Position numbers and translations under genes: made by a program | Part shown: one piece after another, positions 1 through 10,346 of the stretch | Numbering within the stretch: the stretch's first letter is position 1 | Layout of the letters: each line of letters begins with the position of its first letter | Source: Promethearchaeia archaeon | GTDB lineage: Archaea; Asgardarchaeota; Lokiarchaeia; Sigyniarchaeales; SOKP01 | Assembly (NCBI GenBank): GCA_029856125.1 | Contig: JAHQWJ010000120.1 | Span: 128,001 to 192,000, forward strand | DNA length: 64,000 nucleotides | Reading direction: 5' to 3' | The notes under the pieces: generated by a model | The model's input: the letters and a program-made list of their open reading frames with translations, nothing else | Database searches by the model: none | What the model was told of the DNA's origin: nothing

Positions 1-396
1 AAACATAATCCAATAGAAAAGGAAGCCCTCGATTATGATAGCAGGTATTAACCAGAGTGAAGCTTTAATCCCATACAAAGGTATATCTTCCTTATATGTT
101 AATATAAAACTAATTAGAAATAATAGAAGAATTGGTAAAAAATAAGTTTGTAAAAAAGTTGTATAAGGCCAGATAAGAAATCTTCTGTCAATTCTTGGAT
201 CTAAATATGAAATCCAATTTCCATAAGCGTCTACCATGATGATATTCGCAATTATTCCATAAAAACCGATCAAAACAACGATATATAAAAGAATAACGCC
301 ACCTTGGCGACCCCAATTAATGGATATGTGTCCCTTGTTAAACTCTTTAGTAGAAATATTCCCACTTTCGACTACATTCTCTGTTTTCTTTCCCAT
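1..396 (-). CDS. Membrane protein of unknown function, partial (runs off the window start)
   Basis: Hand-translated open frame from ATG at 396: MGKKTENVVESGNISTKEFNKGHISINWGRQGGVILLYIVVLIGFYGII..., several hydrophobic segments, no stop before position 1. Confidence 0.8.
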   Translation of the reverse strand, partial: MGKKTENVVESGNISTKEFNKGHISINWGRQGGVILLYIVVLIGFYGIIANIIMVDAYGNWISYLDPRIDRRFLIWPYTTFLQTYFLPILLLFLISFILTYKEDIPLYGIKASLWLIPAIIIEGFLFYWIMF

Positions 397-604
397 TCTT
401 CAATTTAAGTGTTTTTTAATGAAAATGTTACCAAAAAGAGTTTACTTTACTTATTAATAGTTTTGGAACTAATTATAATTTTTACGTGAGTAATTCACTA
501 CCCTCAAGATCTAAAGTTTATATAGATATTAAATTCAATGATACTTTAGAAAACATTTAATAAAAAAATTAGAAATTTAAAAAACAAATAAAAAGAGAAA
601 AAAA

Positions 605-2779
605 ATGAAAAAATTTAACCAATATATTTTTATAGTGGTTATGCTTAGCGTTATGGTCTTTCCCTTAATTCCTATAATTCCGACTGTTGTTGCCCAAACT
701 GCTCCTATTGAATTTTCTCTCGGTACCGGTGGTCAAGCTAAAGACTGGGATCCAATTTCAAATGCAGGTTCAAGTCCAGTTCAAGATTATAGTTTTAATG
801 CAATGGAAACATTGGGGGTTGCTGATGTGAATTATTCTGGACAAGTAGCGGATTGGATTCCTCATCTTGCATCAAGCTGGGAAATAGAATATTGGCCTGC
901 AGAGAATAACTCACTTGATATACTTCAAACTGGTGGAATTAAATCAATTGAATTTACACTACGAGATGATGTAACCTTCCATGATGGTTCACCTTTTAAT
1001 GCAACAGTTGCAAAATGGAATTTTGATCGCAAGTTTATAGCTGATGGAAATTTAACCGGGAATGGATTATCTAAATGGAAACACGTTTTGTATGTAGAAG
1101 CACTAGAATACGAGGATTACTTTACAGATAGCTGGAACCTAACAAGGTTCAATAATACAATGCCACGATATGGAAGTTGGGGTGGACCAAGTATGCAGGA
1201 TGAAGCTATGCGCGGTTATGTCCCATTAATTAACAATTGTACTATCGTAGAGGATCTAGAATATGGAGGGAAGATAAACATCACATCAAACGGCTGGAAT
1301 TCTGGTCTTCTCGGTGTTATTTGTGGTATGGCAGGGTGGGGTGTAATGATGCTTTCAATGGAATCTTATAAGAATTATTTTGAGGTGCCTATTATCGGTT
1401 ATGGAAATGATCCTTCGTTTCTACAAACACCAACAGAAGCACAAATTATAGCCGGAACTTATCCTACTACTGGCTTCCCTGGACACATGATAGGGACTGG
1501 TCCTTATAAGTTTGTTGTCCACGATGAGGGTGGTTCCCCCGCAGGCGGAAAAATGGTAAAATATGAAGATTGGTGGAATGCTCCATTTATGCCTAATGAC
1601 ACTTTTGTTGTTGATACCTGGAATTTAGTTTGGTTTCCATATGGTGTAGGAGGTGGTGAAGCACTTCGTAATACAGCTTTAGTTACAGGAGAAGTGGATT
1701 TTGGTTTCCACTATGCAACTGAAGCACTCAATTATGACGATATTGAAGCCTCTGCTTTTGTTTCAGCACACGACACTACTTTTGATCAAAACATCAATAT
1801 CATATCGTTAAACTGTATTGAAGATTGGGCTATCCCCGATGATGAATTAGTCCCGCTCCCGGGATCTTCGCTGGATTGGGGCAATAAAAGTATTAGGAAA
1901 GGCGTTCCAAGGGCATTCAGAAAAGCATTATCCTACGCTTTTGATTACGACACTTATATCTCAGCTACTAAGAAAAATCGTGCGGTTCGAGTAAGATATC
2001 CTGTTGGAACAAGTTCTCCATGGTACGATGACTCCATTCCTTACTCCTACTATGATCTTGATATAGCAAGACAAGCATTGAGAGATGGAGCAATTGCTCC
2101 TTCCGAATCAATTAATTGGACAGATGCTCAGTGGATTGCCCGAGCTGCTTCTAACCCACTATATGTATTTGACTACGCTTGGGATGTGCCTCACGAGGAT
2201 GTTAACAACGAAGTCTATAATGCCATCGAAAAAATCGGTTGCGCTACCAATCAATCTGCTGAATGGGAATATTCTCCCCGTGTGTTCTCAGCAATTTATT
2301 ATAATATGTGGCTGACTTCATATTCTGGTGCATATCCTTTCTATACCGCAGGTGGATTTAATATGCTATGGCCTTGGGCCGATACTCTTCCTCCAGTAGG
2401 TGCAATGCTGAAAGGTGGTGAATATTGGAATTTGGGCTTTAGTTACAATGATACTGCTGACGGATGGTTGGATGGACTGAATTTTGCAAGTCCCGCTGAA
2501 TATCAGGTGCTATTAAGCAAATTCGCTGATTGGTTTACAAACTATCAATACGGCTATCTAATGATTTCACAGGATAAGAATTTCTACGCTATCAACAGAG
2601 ATTTTAAATTGAACTATGTTTTTGAAGAAATCTTCCAACTACCTGCTCGGATTATGTATGATCCATACATTGAACCTCCCGCACCCCTGATTCCTGGTTT
2701 TTCGATGTTCACACTAACACTAGTAACACTAGGCTTGATTGCTTTCATAACCTACAATATAAAGCACAAAAAAATATGA
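605..2779 (+). CDS. ABC transporter substrate-binding protein, family 5 (OppA/DppA-like), with C-terminal IPGF-TM-basic anchor
   Basis: N-terminal signal peptide; FTLRDDVTFHDGSPFNA, IGTGPYKF and RKALSYAFD family-5 motifs; C-terminal IPGF + TM + KHKK. Confidence 0.9.
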   Translation: MKKFNQYIFIVVMLSVMVFPLIPIIPTVVAQTAPIEFSLGTGGQAKDWDPISNAGSSPVQDYSFNAMETLGVADVNYSGQVADWIPHLASSWEIEYWPAENNSLDILQTGGIKSIEFTLRDDVTFHDGSPFNATVAKWNFDRKFIADGNLTGNGLSKWKHVLYVEALEYEDYFTDSWNLTRFNNTMPRYGSWGGPSMQDEAMRGYVPLINNCTIVEDLEYGGKINITSNGWNSGLLGVICGMAGWGVMMLSMESYKNYFEVPIIGYGNDPSFLQTPTEAQIIAGTYPTTGFPGHMIGTGPYKFVVHDEGGSPAGGKMVKYEDWWNAPFMPNDTFVVDTWNLVWFPYGVGGGEALRNTALVTGEVDFGFHYATEALNYDDIEASAFVSAHDTTFDQNINIISLNCIEDWAIPDDELVPLPGSSLDWGNKSIRKGVPRAFRKALSYAFDYDTYISATKKNRAVRVRYPVGTSSPWYDDSIPYSYYDLDIARQALRDGAIAPSESINWTDAQWIARAASNPLYVFDYAWDVPHEDVNNEVYNAIEKIGCATNQSAEWEYSPRVFSAIYYNMWLTSYSGAYPFYTAGGFNMLWPWADTLPPVGAMLKGGEYWNLGFSYNDTADGWLDGLNFASPAEYQVLLSKFADWFTNYQYGYLMISQDKNFYAINRDFKLNYVFEEIFQLPARIMYDPYIEPPAPLIPGFSMFTLTLVTLGLIAFITYNIKHKKI

Positions 2780-2920
2780 ATAAAAATAAAATAATACTTT
2801 TTTTTTTTAATTTGTTTTTAATTTTTAAGAAATCCTTAAGAAATTTTAAGATTAAATGTCTTGATAAAAAATTAATGAGAAAAAAGGTCTAAAAATTACA
2901 TCTAAAAGGTTAAAAGTAGA

Positions 2921-4453
2921 GTGAAAAAATCATCAACCATTAATACTTTATCTGGGAGAGTTCAAGGTTATATTAAAGACGGAATAACTATTTTTAAAGG
3001 AGTGCCCTATGCTAGTCCTCCGATTGAAGCACTACGATTTCAACCCCCACAAGAACATAAAGGGTGGGAAAATATTCTAAATACTACTGAATTTGGACCA
3101 TATGCACCACAAGGATTTACAGTATTGGAGGAAATGTTTGGTTTTTTTGAAAACCAAAACGAAGATAATTGCCTTTCATTAAATGTATGGACTCCAGATA
3201 CAGACAATGATTTACGCCCTGTGATGGTATACATACATGGAGGGTCCTTTATATTTGGAGGAGGGGCTGATATCTGGTATGGTGTTGATGGTACACAACT
3301 AGCGCAGAAAGGAAATGTGGTTGTTGTAACGCTAAATTATAGGTTAGGGGCTTTTGGTTTTCTCTATATTGAAGATCAAATAGCTAATATTGGTATCCTT
3401 GATCAAATTGCCGCCTTAAAGTGGATCAAAAAGAACATTGAAAAATTTGGAGGTAATCCAAATAATGTTACAATCTTCGGAGAGTCTGCAGGTGCTTTAT
3501 CAGCATTAATTTTAACCTCGATACCTTTAGCTAAAAATCTTTTTCATAGAGCTATTATTCAAAGTGCTCCAATAATGGATACGAAACCAACAATTAGAAG
3601 CACTACCAAATTATTTCAAGAATTAGGTATTAAAAATGGAGAAATTAGCGCGTTACATGAGTTAAATTTTAAAAAGATTATTAACGCCCAAAATAAAATT
3701 ATTTTAAATGGATTAGAAGAAAGGACACAGGAGATTATGGATTTTCGACCAAGTATTGATGGTAAAATTATTCCAATACATCCAATTGAAGCAATTAAAA
3801 GAGGAATTGGAAGAGATATCGATATTCTAATAGGACATAATAAAGATGAAATTAAGTTATGGACCGGACCTAATCCTCTATTTCAAAACATGAAAATGAA
3901 CGAGATATCTGATTTCTTACTATGGCGAGTAGGAAAATTCGGAGATGATAAACTAATATCAGACAAAAACTTATGTAAAAAGTTTATATCAATATATAAT
4001 CACGATTCCATAAATAGTCCGGTTGAAATTTACGATAAAATTGATACGGACTTTACTTTTAGAATCCCTGCTATTCGAGTATGTGAAGGAAATTCTCAAT
4101 ACAACCCAAACACTTATAATTACATTTTTACTTGGCCTTCACCCGCTTTAGAGGGGAAATATGGTTCTTGTCATATAATGGAGATACCTTTTGCTTTTGG
4201 AACATTAGGAAAAACTGGTGTGGAATGGTTTTATGGTGCTGGAAAAGAAGCTGAATTATTAAACGAAAAAATGATGAGAACTTGGGTATCTTTCGCACTT
4301 AATGGAAACCCAAATAGTGACCTAATTCCCAAATGGAAGCGTTATAATGTCGAAGATAGGACATCAATGTTTATTGGAAAAGAATTCAAAAGTGTTAACG
4401 CTCCAGATGATGATGAAAGAATTCTTTGGGAGAATGTTCTATTTAATTATTAG
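2921..4453 (+). CDS. Type-B carboxylesterase (PnbA-like)
   Basis: FKGVPYA, EDNCLSLNVW, HGGSF oxyanion loop, GESAG nucleophile, CH-x-ME His region. Confidence 0.93.
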   Translation: MKKSSTINTLSGRVQGYIKDGITIFKGVPYASPPIEALRFQPPQEHKGWENILNTTEFGPYAPQGFTVLEEMFGFFENQNEDNCLSLNVWTPDTDNDLRPVMVYIHGGSFIFGGGADIWYGVDGTQLAQKGNVVVVTLNYRLGAFGFLYIEDQIANIGILDQIAALKWIKKNIEKFGGNPNNVTIFGESAGALSALILTSIPLAKNLFHRAIIQSAPIMDTKPTIRSTTKLFQELGIKNGEISALHELNFKKIINAQNKIILNGLEERTQEIMDFRPSIDGKIIPIHPIEAIKRGIGRDIDILIGHNKDEIKLWTGPNPLFQNMKMNEISDFLLWRVGKFGDDKLISDKNLCKKFISIYNHDSINSPVEIYDKIDTDFTFRIPAIRVCEGNSQYNPNTYNYIFTWPSPALEGKYGSCHIMEIPFAFGTLGKTGVEWFYGAGKEAELLNEKMMRTWVSFALNGNPNSDLIPKWKRYNVEDRTSMFIGKEFKSVNAPDDDERILWENVLFNY

Positions 4454-4481
4454 AATTTTATTCACCATTTACATATATTAA

Positions 4482-6002
4482 ATGTCTGAAATTATGAAAA
4501 AGACTCAAAAAATTGAAACTGAAATTGGAAAAATTCAAGGATATATAAACAAAGATATTAAAATTTTCAAAGGTATTCCATATGCAGAACCTCCTATAAA
4601 TCAACTTCGGTTTGATCCTCCGTGTGAGAAAGAACCTTGGAATAATGTGTTTGTAGCTAATAAGTTTGGACCTTCTTCATTTCAAGGACCTGATGTTGGA
4701 AGAGGACTATTTGGGCAATTAACAGAGCAACAAGAAGATAATTGTCTAACTCTTAATATTTGGACACCCGAAACAGATGATAAAAAGCGCCCCGTTATGT
4801 TCTGGATTCACGGGGGAGGTTTTATCTATTCTGGATCATCGAAAGCCATATACGATGGAACCCTCCTAGCGAGCAAAGGGAATGTCGTTGTTGTAACAAT
4901 CAATTATAGATTAGGGATTTTTGGTTTTCTACACATTCCTAATAACACTTCAAATGTAGGCATGTTAGATCAAGTTGCTGCTATAAAATGGGTAAAGAAT
5001 AATATTGAAGCCTTCGGAGGTGATCCAGACAACATCACTATTTTTGGAGAATCTGCGGGAGCATATTCAGTAATCACATTGATGACAATGCCAAGTGCTA
5101 AAGGATTATTTCATCGTGCTATCGCTCAAAGCCCATATATTTTCGAACTTGAACCAACTATAAAAACAACTAAAAATGTAATGAGCCGATTAAACTTAGA
5201 ATTCGATGATATTGATGTTTTAAAGAAATTACCGGCTAAAAAACTTAACAGAATCCAGAACGAATATATCAGCGATATGGCGGGGAACCCTGAAAGCTTC
5301 TATTCAAATTTTCGACCTTGTATTGATAATGAATCGATACTCCAACATCCTTTTCGAGCTTTAAAAGAAGGAAAGGCAAAAGATATCGATCTATTAATAG
5401 GAACTAATCAAGATGAAGCAACTTTTTTTACAAGATTCGACCCTGTCTTTGAGAAATTGAATAAAGAAGGACTGAAAACTCAAATTAGAATGGAATTAGA
5501 TCGATTATCATTTGGATTCAAAACCGACTTTTTTATAGAGCAATATAAAATGATCCGAAAAGGAAAGATGCCGATTGATCCTATAGATATTTATAATGCA
5601 ATTTATACCGATTTGTATTATAGAATACCTGCTATTAAAACAGCAGAATCAAATTCGACTCATAATTCCAATATATATTTTTATCTTTTAGATTGGTGTT
5701 CACCAATGTTTAAATCTGCTTGCCATTCAATAGATTTACCATTTACTTTTGGATATTTCACCTCTGATATCCAAGATTTCATAGGAGAAATTCAAGCAGC
5801 TAAAATTGTAAGTAATAAAATGATGAATGCTTGGATTAATTTTGCTTCTTTCGGAGATGTTAATCATAATTCAATTCCAGAATGGCCAAGATATGAATTA
5901 AAAAATAGATCAACAATAACTATCGGACCTGAGTTTAATGTTGTAGAAGATCCTTTTGGAAAGGAACGAGCATTATGGGAAGATCTTTATAACGATTATT
6001 AA
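4482..6002 (+). CDS. Type-B carboxylesterase, tandem paralog
   Basis: FKGIPYAEPP, EDNCLTLNIW, HGGGF, GESAG, ACHSIDL. Confidence 0.93.
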   Translation: MSEIMKKTQKIETEIGKIQGYINKDIKIFKGIPYAEPPINQLRFDPPCEKEPWNNVFVANKFGPSSFQGPDVGRGLFGQLTEQQEDNCLTLNIWTPETDDKKRPVMFWIHGGGFIYSGSSKAIYDGTLLASKGNVVVVTINYRLGIFGFLHIPNNTSNVGMLDQVAAIKWVKNNIEAFGGDPDNITIFGESAGAYSVITLMTMPSAKGLFHRAIAQSPYIFELEPTIKTTKNVMSRLNLEFDDIDVLKKLPAKKLNRIQNEYISDMAGNPESFYSNFRPCIDNESILQHPFRALKEGKAKDIDLLIGTNQDEATFFTRFDPVFEKLNKEGLKTQIRMELDRLSFGFKTDFFIEQYKMIRKGKMPIDPIDIYNAIYTDLYYRIPAIKTAESNSTHNSNIYFYLLDWCSPMFKSACHSIDLPFTFGYFTSDIQDFIGEIQAAKIVSNKMMNAWINFASFGDVNHNSIPEWPRYELKNRSTITIGPEFNVVEDPFGKERALWEDLYNDY

Positions 6003-6021
6003 AATAAAGTTATGTTAATAT

Positions 6022-7122
6022 TTAGAACTTGTACCTACATGCCTCATATATTTGTGATATTATCTCTTTTCTGCGAGCAAAATGTTGTTCAGTTGGTAAC
6101 ATTGTGTTGCTATTGAAATTTACAATTAAATCTAATTGAGGGTCACAGAAATTTGTGCATGAACTCCTTCCACCGTGCCCATAAGCTTCATCTGAAGTAA
6201 AAATAGAATTGTACTTCCCTAATCCAAAACCCAAACCCCAAGCTGGAGAACTTTGAAGAGTTGTGTCAAATATTCCCTTTCGATGTACTTCAGTTAGATA
6301 GTCTACGGTATGCTTTTCAATTATTCGGTTTCTTCCCCATTCTCCTCCGTTCCAAAGCGCTCGATAAAATTTACCCATATCAAAGGCTGTGCTAAAACAA
6401 GTTGAACCGGGAAAGATTCTGCCTTTAAAATCGTTTACCCAAAGATGCATTTGCTCAGAGAGATGAGCACTATCTTTTAGTGCTAATCGTTTTCCTAATG
6501 ATGCAGCTCTCTTTGAAGGCATTCCAAGGTAAGTCGAATTCATTCCCAAGGGCATGAAAATTTCCTCGTGTAAATACTCTTCGATTTTACGACCATCTAT
6601 TCTATGTATAATCTCTCCTAAAATCATCCAACTAACTCTGGGATGATAACCACATTGAGTCCCCGGTTGATAATCTGCTTTAATTTCACACGCATCATGT
6701 ATAATTTCATCCCATGATGCTGTGAGCCATTTTTGGTAATCTAACATAGGGAAACCACTTGTATGAGTCAAAAGGTGCCTTATTGTACACGATTCTTTTC
6801 CATTCTTAAACTCAGGAATAAAATCTTTTACTTTTTGATCAAAATCTAGCTTACCTTTTTCCCAAAGTTGAGCTATTGCTACTGAAGTCCAAGGTTTACC
6901 ACTAGACCACAGTACTAAGATTGAATTTACTTCCATGGGGATTCCGGGTCTTGTCTCACCAAGAGCAATGTTCATTACCGTCTTACCTTTTCTTGAAATA
7001 TGAAGCTGTACACCAGTATGAAGTTTATTATGTAATTGCTTATTCATGAGCGTTTCTATATTTTTAAGCTCAGAAAGATTCATTCCAATCTTATTTGACG
7101 ATTCCAAAATTCCTTCAATCAT
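6022..7122 (-). CDS. Serine hydrolase, beta-lactamase class C/esterase family
   Basis: SxxK (SSGK), LLTHTSG, YGHGG motifs. Confidence 0.88.
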   Translation of the reverse strand: MIEGILESSNKIGMNLSELKNIETLMNKQLHNKLHTGVQLHISRKGKTVMNIALGETRPGIPMEVNSILVLWSSGKPWTSVAIAQLWEKGKLDFDQKVKDFIPEFKNGKESCTIRHLLTHTSGFPMLDYQKWLTASWDEIIHDACEIKADYQPGTQCGYHPRVSWMILGEIIHRIDGRKIEEYLHEEIFMPLGMNSTYLGMPSKRAASLGKRLALKDSAHLSEQMHLWVNDFKGRIFPGSTCFSTAFDMGKFYRALWNGGEWGRNRIIEKHTVDYLTEVHRKGIFDTTLQSSPAWGLGFGLGKYNSIFTSDEAYGHGGRSSCTNFCDPQLDLIVNFNSNTMLPTEQHFARRKEIISQIYEACRYKF

Positions 7123-7146
7123 GAGAGTTTCTTCATTTGAGTTTTG

Positions 7147-8955
7147 TTATTTTTGGTAATCTTGAATTTGATTATCCCACACATTAATTTTTTGTTTCTG
7201 TTGTTCCCATTCATTTCTCATTTCGTTTTTTAAGTATTCTGTGCTTGGCCCAACTGGTAAATTATCTTTAAAGACTATGTATCTTGGAACATGGTAAAAC
7301 GCAAGGTTATGGTATAAGAACCTACTTAATTTTTCAAGGGTTAGCGTAGAATTTTCTGCTTTAACTACATATAAGAGTAAGTCTCCTCTAGTGTGATTCT
7401 CATTAATGATTGGAATACATGTAGATAAAAAGACACTTGGATGTGAATTCGTCATTCTTTCAATTTCTTTTAGATATATTTTTTCTCCTGCTTTAGTTAT
7501 TATCTCATTTGCCTTTCCCATAAAATAAAGAAACCCCTCCTCATCGATGTATCCAAAATCCCCAGTATAAACCCAACCATCATCAACAACTCTTACATCT
7601 GTTGTTTCTGGTTGTTTATAATACTCTAGTGAGTAATTCATGTTTGATTTTACTAAAATTTCTCCAGTATTGTTCGAACCTGCTGTTAACGGGTTTCCAA
7701 ACGTATCTACGATTTTTAGTTCAACAAAATCTAAAGGTTTTCCGACAGAACCACTTTTACCTCCTTTAGATCCTATTGTATTCATCGTTATTCCTACACC
7801 CTCCATGTGGGACCAAAACTCGTATAATGTGATCCCGAATCGATTTTCAAATGATTTCCATAATTCAACACCTGCACCAAATCCATAAGCCAGATCGATA
7901 GAATGATTGCGATCGAGTTTATTTGGTGAATTATTCACAAGTGCATGTAGATACCCCCCAAAATAAGTTAAAACTTCCGGTTTGTGTATCCTAACGTCCT
8001 CCCAGAACTTTTGAACACTAAAATTTTCAGCCAATACCACCGCGGCGTCATAAAATAGAGAAGGAATTATGACATAAAATTGCGTGGCTCCATGAAATAA
8101 AGGCATTGGACAGTAAACTTTGGTTTCTTTTCTTAAACCTATTTTCTTTAACTCTAAACCAATGTTTATAGCAGAAAGAGCTAAGTTTCTGTACAAAACT
8201 CCTTTAGGATTTCCCGTAATTCCTTCTGTATAATTAATTTGAATTGCATCATCATCATAAATATTTATTTTAGGATTTTCTACATTCGAATCAAGAAGAA
8301 ATCGGAAATCGAATATTTTATCGTTAAATTCAAAGTCGCTAGGTGCGTTATAAACATAAACTCGTTTGATTTTTGGTAAAATGTCCAAGAACTTTTCAAT
8401 AGTATTAAAATAATCATAGTCTGTAATGATTATTTCAGTATCAGAATCACTTAGAATGTGAAGTAAAAACTCTTCCCTTAGACCAGTGTTAATGTTAACA
8501 GCAACACATCCCGATTTTAAAACTCCAAACCACAAAAAAAGAAATTCCGGGCTATTTTTCATAAGTAAAGAAATTTTAGGTTTCTTTAGATGCATTTCAC
8601 TTATAATATTTACTATGCCATGAGCGAACTGGTTCGCACTCGCATTTATATCGGAAAAAGAGTATTTATCTTTGTTAAAATATAAGAATGTAAGCTCCCC
8701 ATTCTCCTCTGCTTTTTTTTCTAATAATTTGGGAAGCGTTATATTATTAATTCCAAATTTTCTTAACGTTCTTGAACGTCTGTTATTTTTTGAAATTAAT
8801 ATTGAATCTTTTTGAACTTCAATTAGTATTTCTTCATCCCTTCTAAAGGGAAAAGAGGTGTCATTAGCTATTTTGCTTGGGATATAGATCCAAGTTGTCT
8901 TATACTTCCCCTTTCCAGAAGGTTTAATTACAATTTTACTTTTGCCTAATTCCAT
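7147..8955 (-). CDS. AbrB-like N-terminal domain fused to a CaiC-like acyl-CoA ligase domain with degenerate catalytic motifs
   Basis: N-terminus TTWIYIPSKIA..FPF..DEEILIEVQKDSILISK; adenylate-forming body with YTEGITGNPKG, YTGDFG and VPRYI. Confidence 0.85.
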   Translation of the reverse strand: MELGKSKIVIKPSGKGKYKTTWIYIPSKIANDTSFPFRRDEEILIEVQKDSILISKNNRRSRTLRKFGINNITLPKLLEKKAEENGELTFLYFNKDKYSFSDINASANQFAHGIVNIISEMHLKKPKISLLMKNSPEFLFLWFGVLKSGCVAVNINTGLREEFLLHILSDSDTEIIITDYDYFNTIEKFLDILPKIKRVYVYNAPSDFEFNDKIFDFRFLLDSNVENPKINIYDDDAIQINYTEGITGNPKGVLYRNLALSAINIGLELKKIGLRKETKVYCPMPLFHGATQFYVIIPSLFYDAAVVLAENFSVQKFWEDVRIHKPEVLTYFGGYLHALVNNSPNKLDRNHSIDLAYGFGAGVELWKSFENRFGITLYEFWSHMEGVGITMNTIGSKGGKSGSVGKPLDFVELKIVDTFGNPLTAGSNNTGEILVKSNMNYSLEYYKQPETTDVRVVDDGWVYTGDFGYIDEEGFLYFMGKANEIITKAGEKIYLKEIERMTNSHPSVFLSTCIPIINENHTRGDLLLYVVKAENSTLTLEKLSRFLYHNLAFYHVPRYIVFKDNLPVGPSTEYLKNEMRNEWEQQKQKINVWDNQIQDYQK

Positions 8956-9202
8956 AATTCTTCTCTCTAGTAATTCAAGTCAAATACTTAAATAAATTAC
9001 TTATGTAAATATAAAGGTAACTGTCATAATTACACCATAACTAATTTTTTTTTTTACATAGAATGTTTTTGTGAAATTAAGAGGTTTACATCAGAATTTA
9101 ATGGAAAATTAAGAATATGCAATACATAATTTATCCCGTTAATAAATAAGCTTAAAAGAAATTACTTGTTATCATTGAAAATAAACAAAGATAAGTATCT
9201 TT

Positions 9203-10342
9203 TTGTCGATGCTATACAAGAAAGAAAGACCAGCTATTTTAATGCTTAAAGATGGGCGATTTTTCGAAGGGATTGGTTTTGGAGCGACTAAAAAAATATG
9301 TGGAGAAATTGTATTCACGACAATTACAGGTGCAGGATATAATGAAACTCTAACTGATCCCTCATATAAGGGACAAATCGTAGTTATGACTCATCCGTTA
9401 GTTGGAAATTACGGCGTTCCGGCTTGGGAAAAAGATTCGCACGGCATTCACAATTATTTTGAATCAGATTCGATAAAAGTAAGTGGATTTGTCGTTAACG
9501 AATGTTGTAAAAATCCTAGCCACTACGAAAGTGATAAAACCTTAAATGAATTTCTTTTGGAAGAAAATATTCCAGGAATCGAATGGATAGACACTAGAGC
9601 AATTACAAAAGTATTACGGGAAGAAGGAGTACAATTAGGAATTCTTGCGGTTTTCAACCCTGGAGAATCTCCTAACTTAGAAGAATTGAAAGAAGAAGTA
9701 AAAAAAGTGGAAGATCCAAACCTAAGACATTTAGCAAGCGAGGTATCTACGAAAGAAGTTAAAACATTTACACCCTTAAATCCTAAAGGAAAAGTGGTGA
9801 TAATAGATTTAGGAGTAAAAAATAATATCTTAAGAAATTTCTTACAGAGAAAAATCGAAGTAATTTTAGTACCGTATAATTATTCGTTTGAAACGATAAT
9901 GTCTTACAAACCAAATGGAGTATTTATTTCCAATGGTCCCGGAGATCCTGCTAAATATAAGAAAGCAATTGAAGTTGCTCGCAAATTAATAATAAATAGC
10001 GTGCCAACAATGGGAATTTGCTTAGGAAACCAAATTATAGCTTTAGGTGCTGGTGGTTCCTCATATAAATTGAAATATGGGCATAGAGGTGGAAACAAAA
10101 CCGTAATTAATCCCAAAACAAAGCAATGTTATATTACTTCCCAAAACCATGGATTTTGCGTAAAGGATTTTGAAAGGAATGGTTTTACTGAATTTTTAAC
10201 AAACATAGATGATAATTCAAATGAAGGTTTGATTCATGAGAGCAAACCTATTTTTGCTGTTCAATTCCACCCTGAGGCTTGTCCAGGGCCCTTAGACTCC
10301 TTATATCTGTTTTATAAATTCATTGAGTTTATGGAGCTGTGA
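9203..10342 (+). CDS. carA: Carbamoyl-phosphate synthase small subunit
   Basis: GEIVF, LTDPSY, SNGPGDP, GICLG, SQNHG, QFHPE. Confidence 0.97.
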   Translation: MSMLYKKERPAILMLKDGRFFEGIGFGATKKICGEIVFTTITGAGYNETLTDPSYKGQIVVMTHPLVGNYGVPAWEKDSHGIHNYFESDSIKVSGFVVNECCKNPSHYESDKTLNEFLLEENIPGIEWIDTRAITKVLREEGVQLGILAVFNPGESPNLEELKEEVKKVEDPNLRHLASEVSTKEVKTFTPLNPKGKVVIIDLGVKNNILRNFLQRKIEVILVPYNYSFETIMSYKPNGVFISNGPGDPAKYKKAIEVARKLIINSVPTMGICLGNQIIALGAGGSSYKLKYGHRGGNKTVINPKTKQCYITSQNHGFCVKDFERNGFTEFLTNIDDNSNEGLIHESKPIFAVQFHPEACPGPLDSLYLFYKFIEFMEL

Positions 10343-10346
10343 TATC

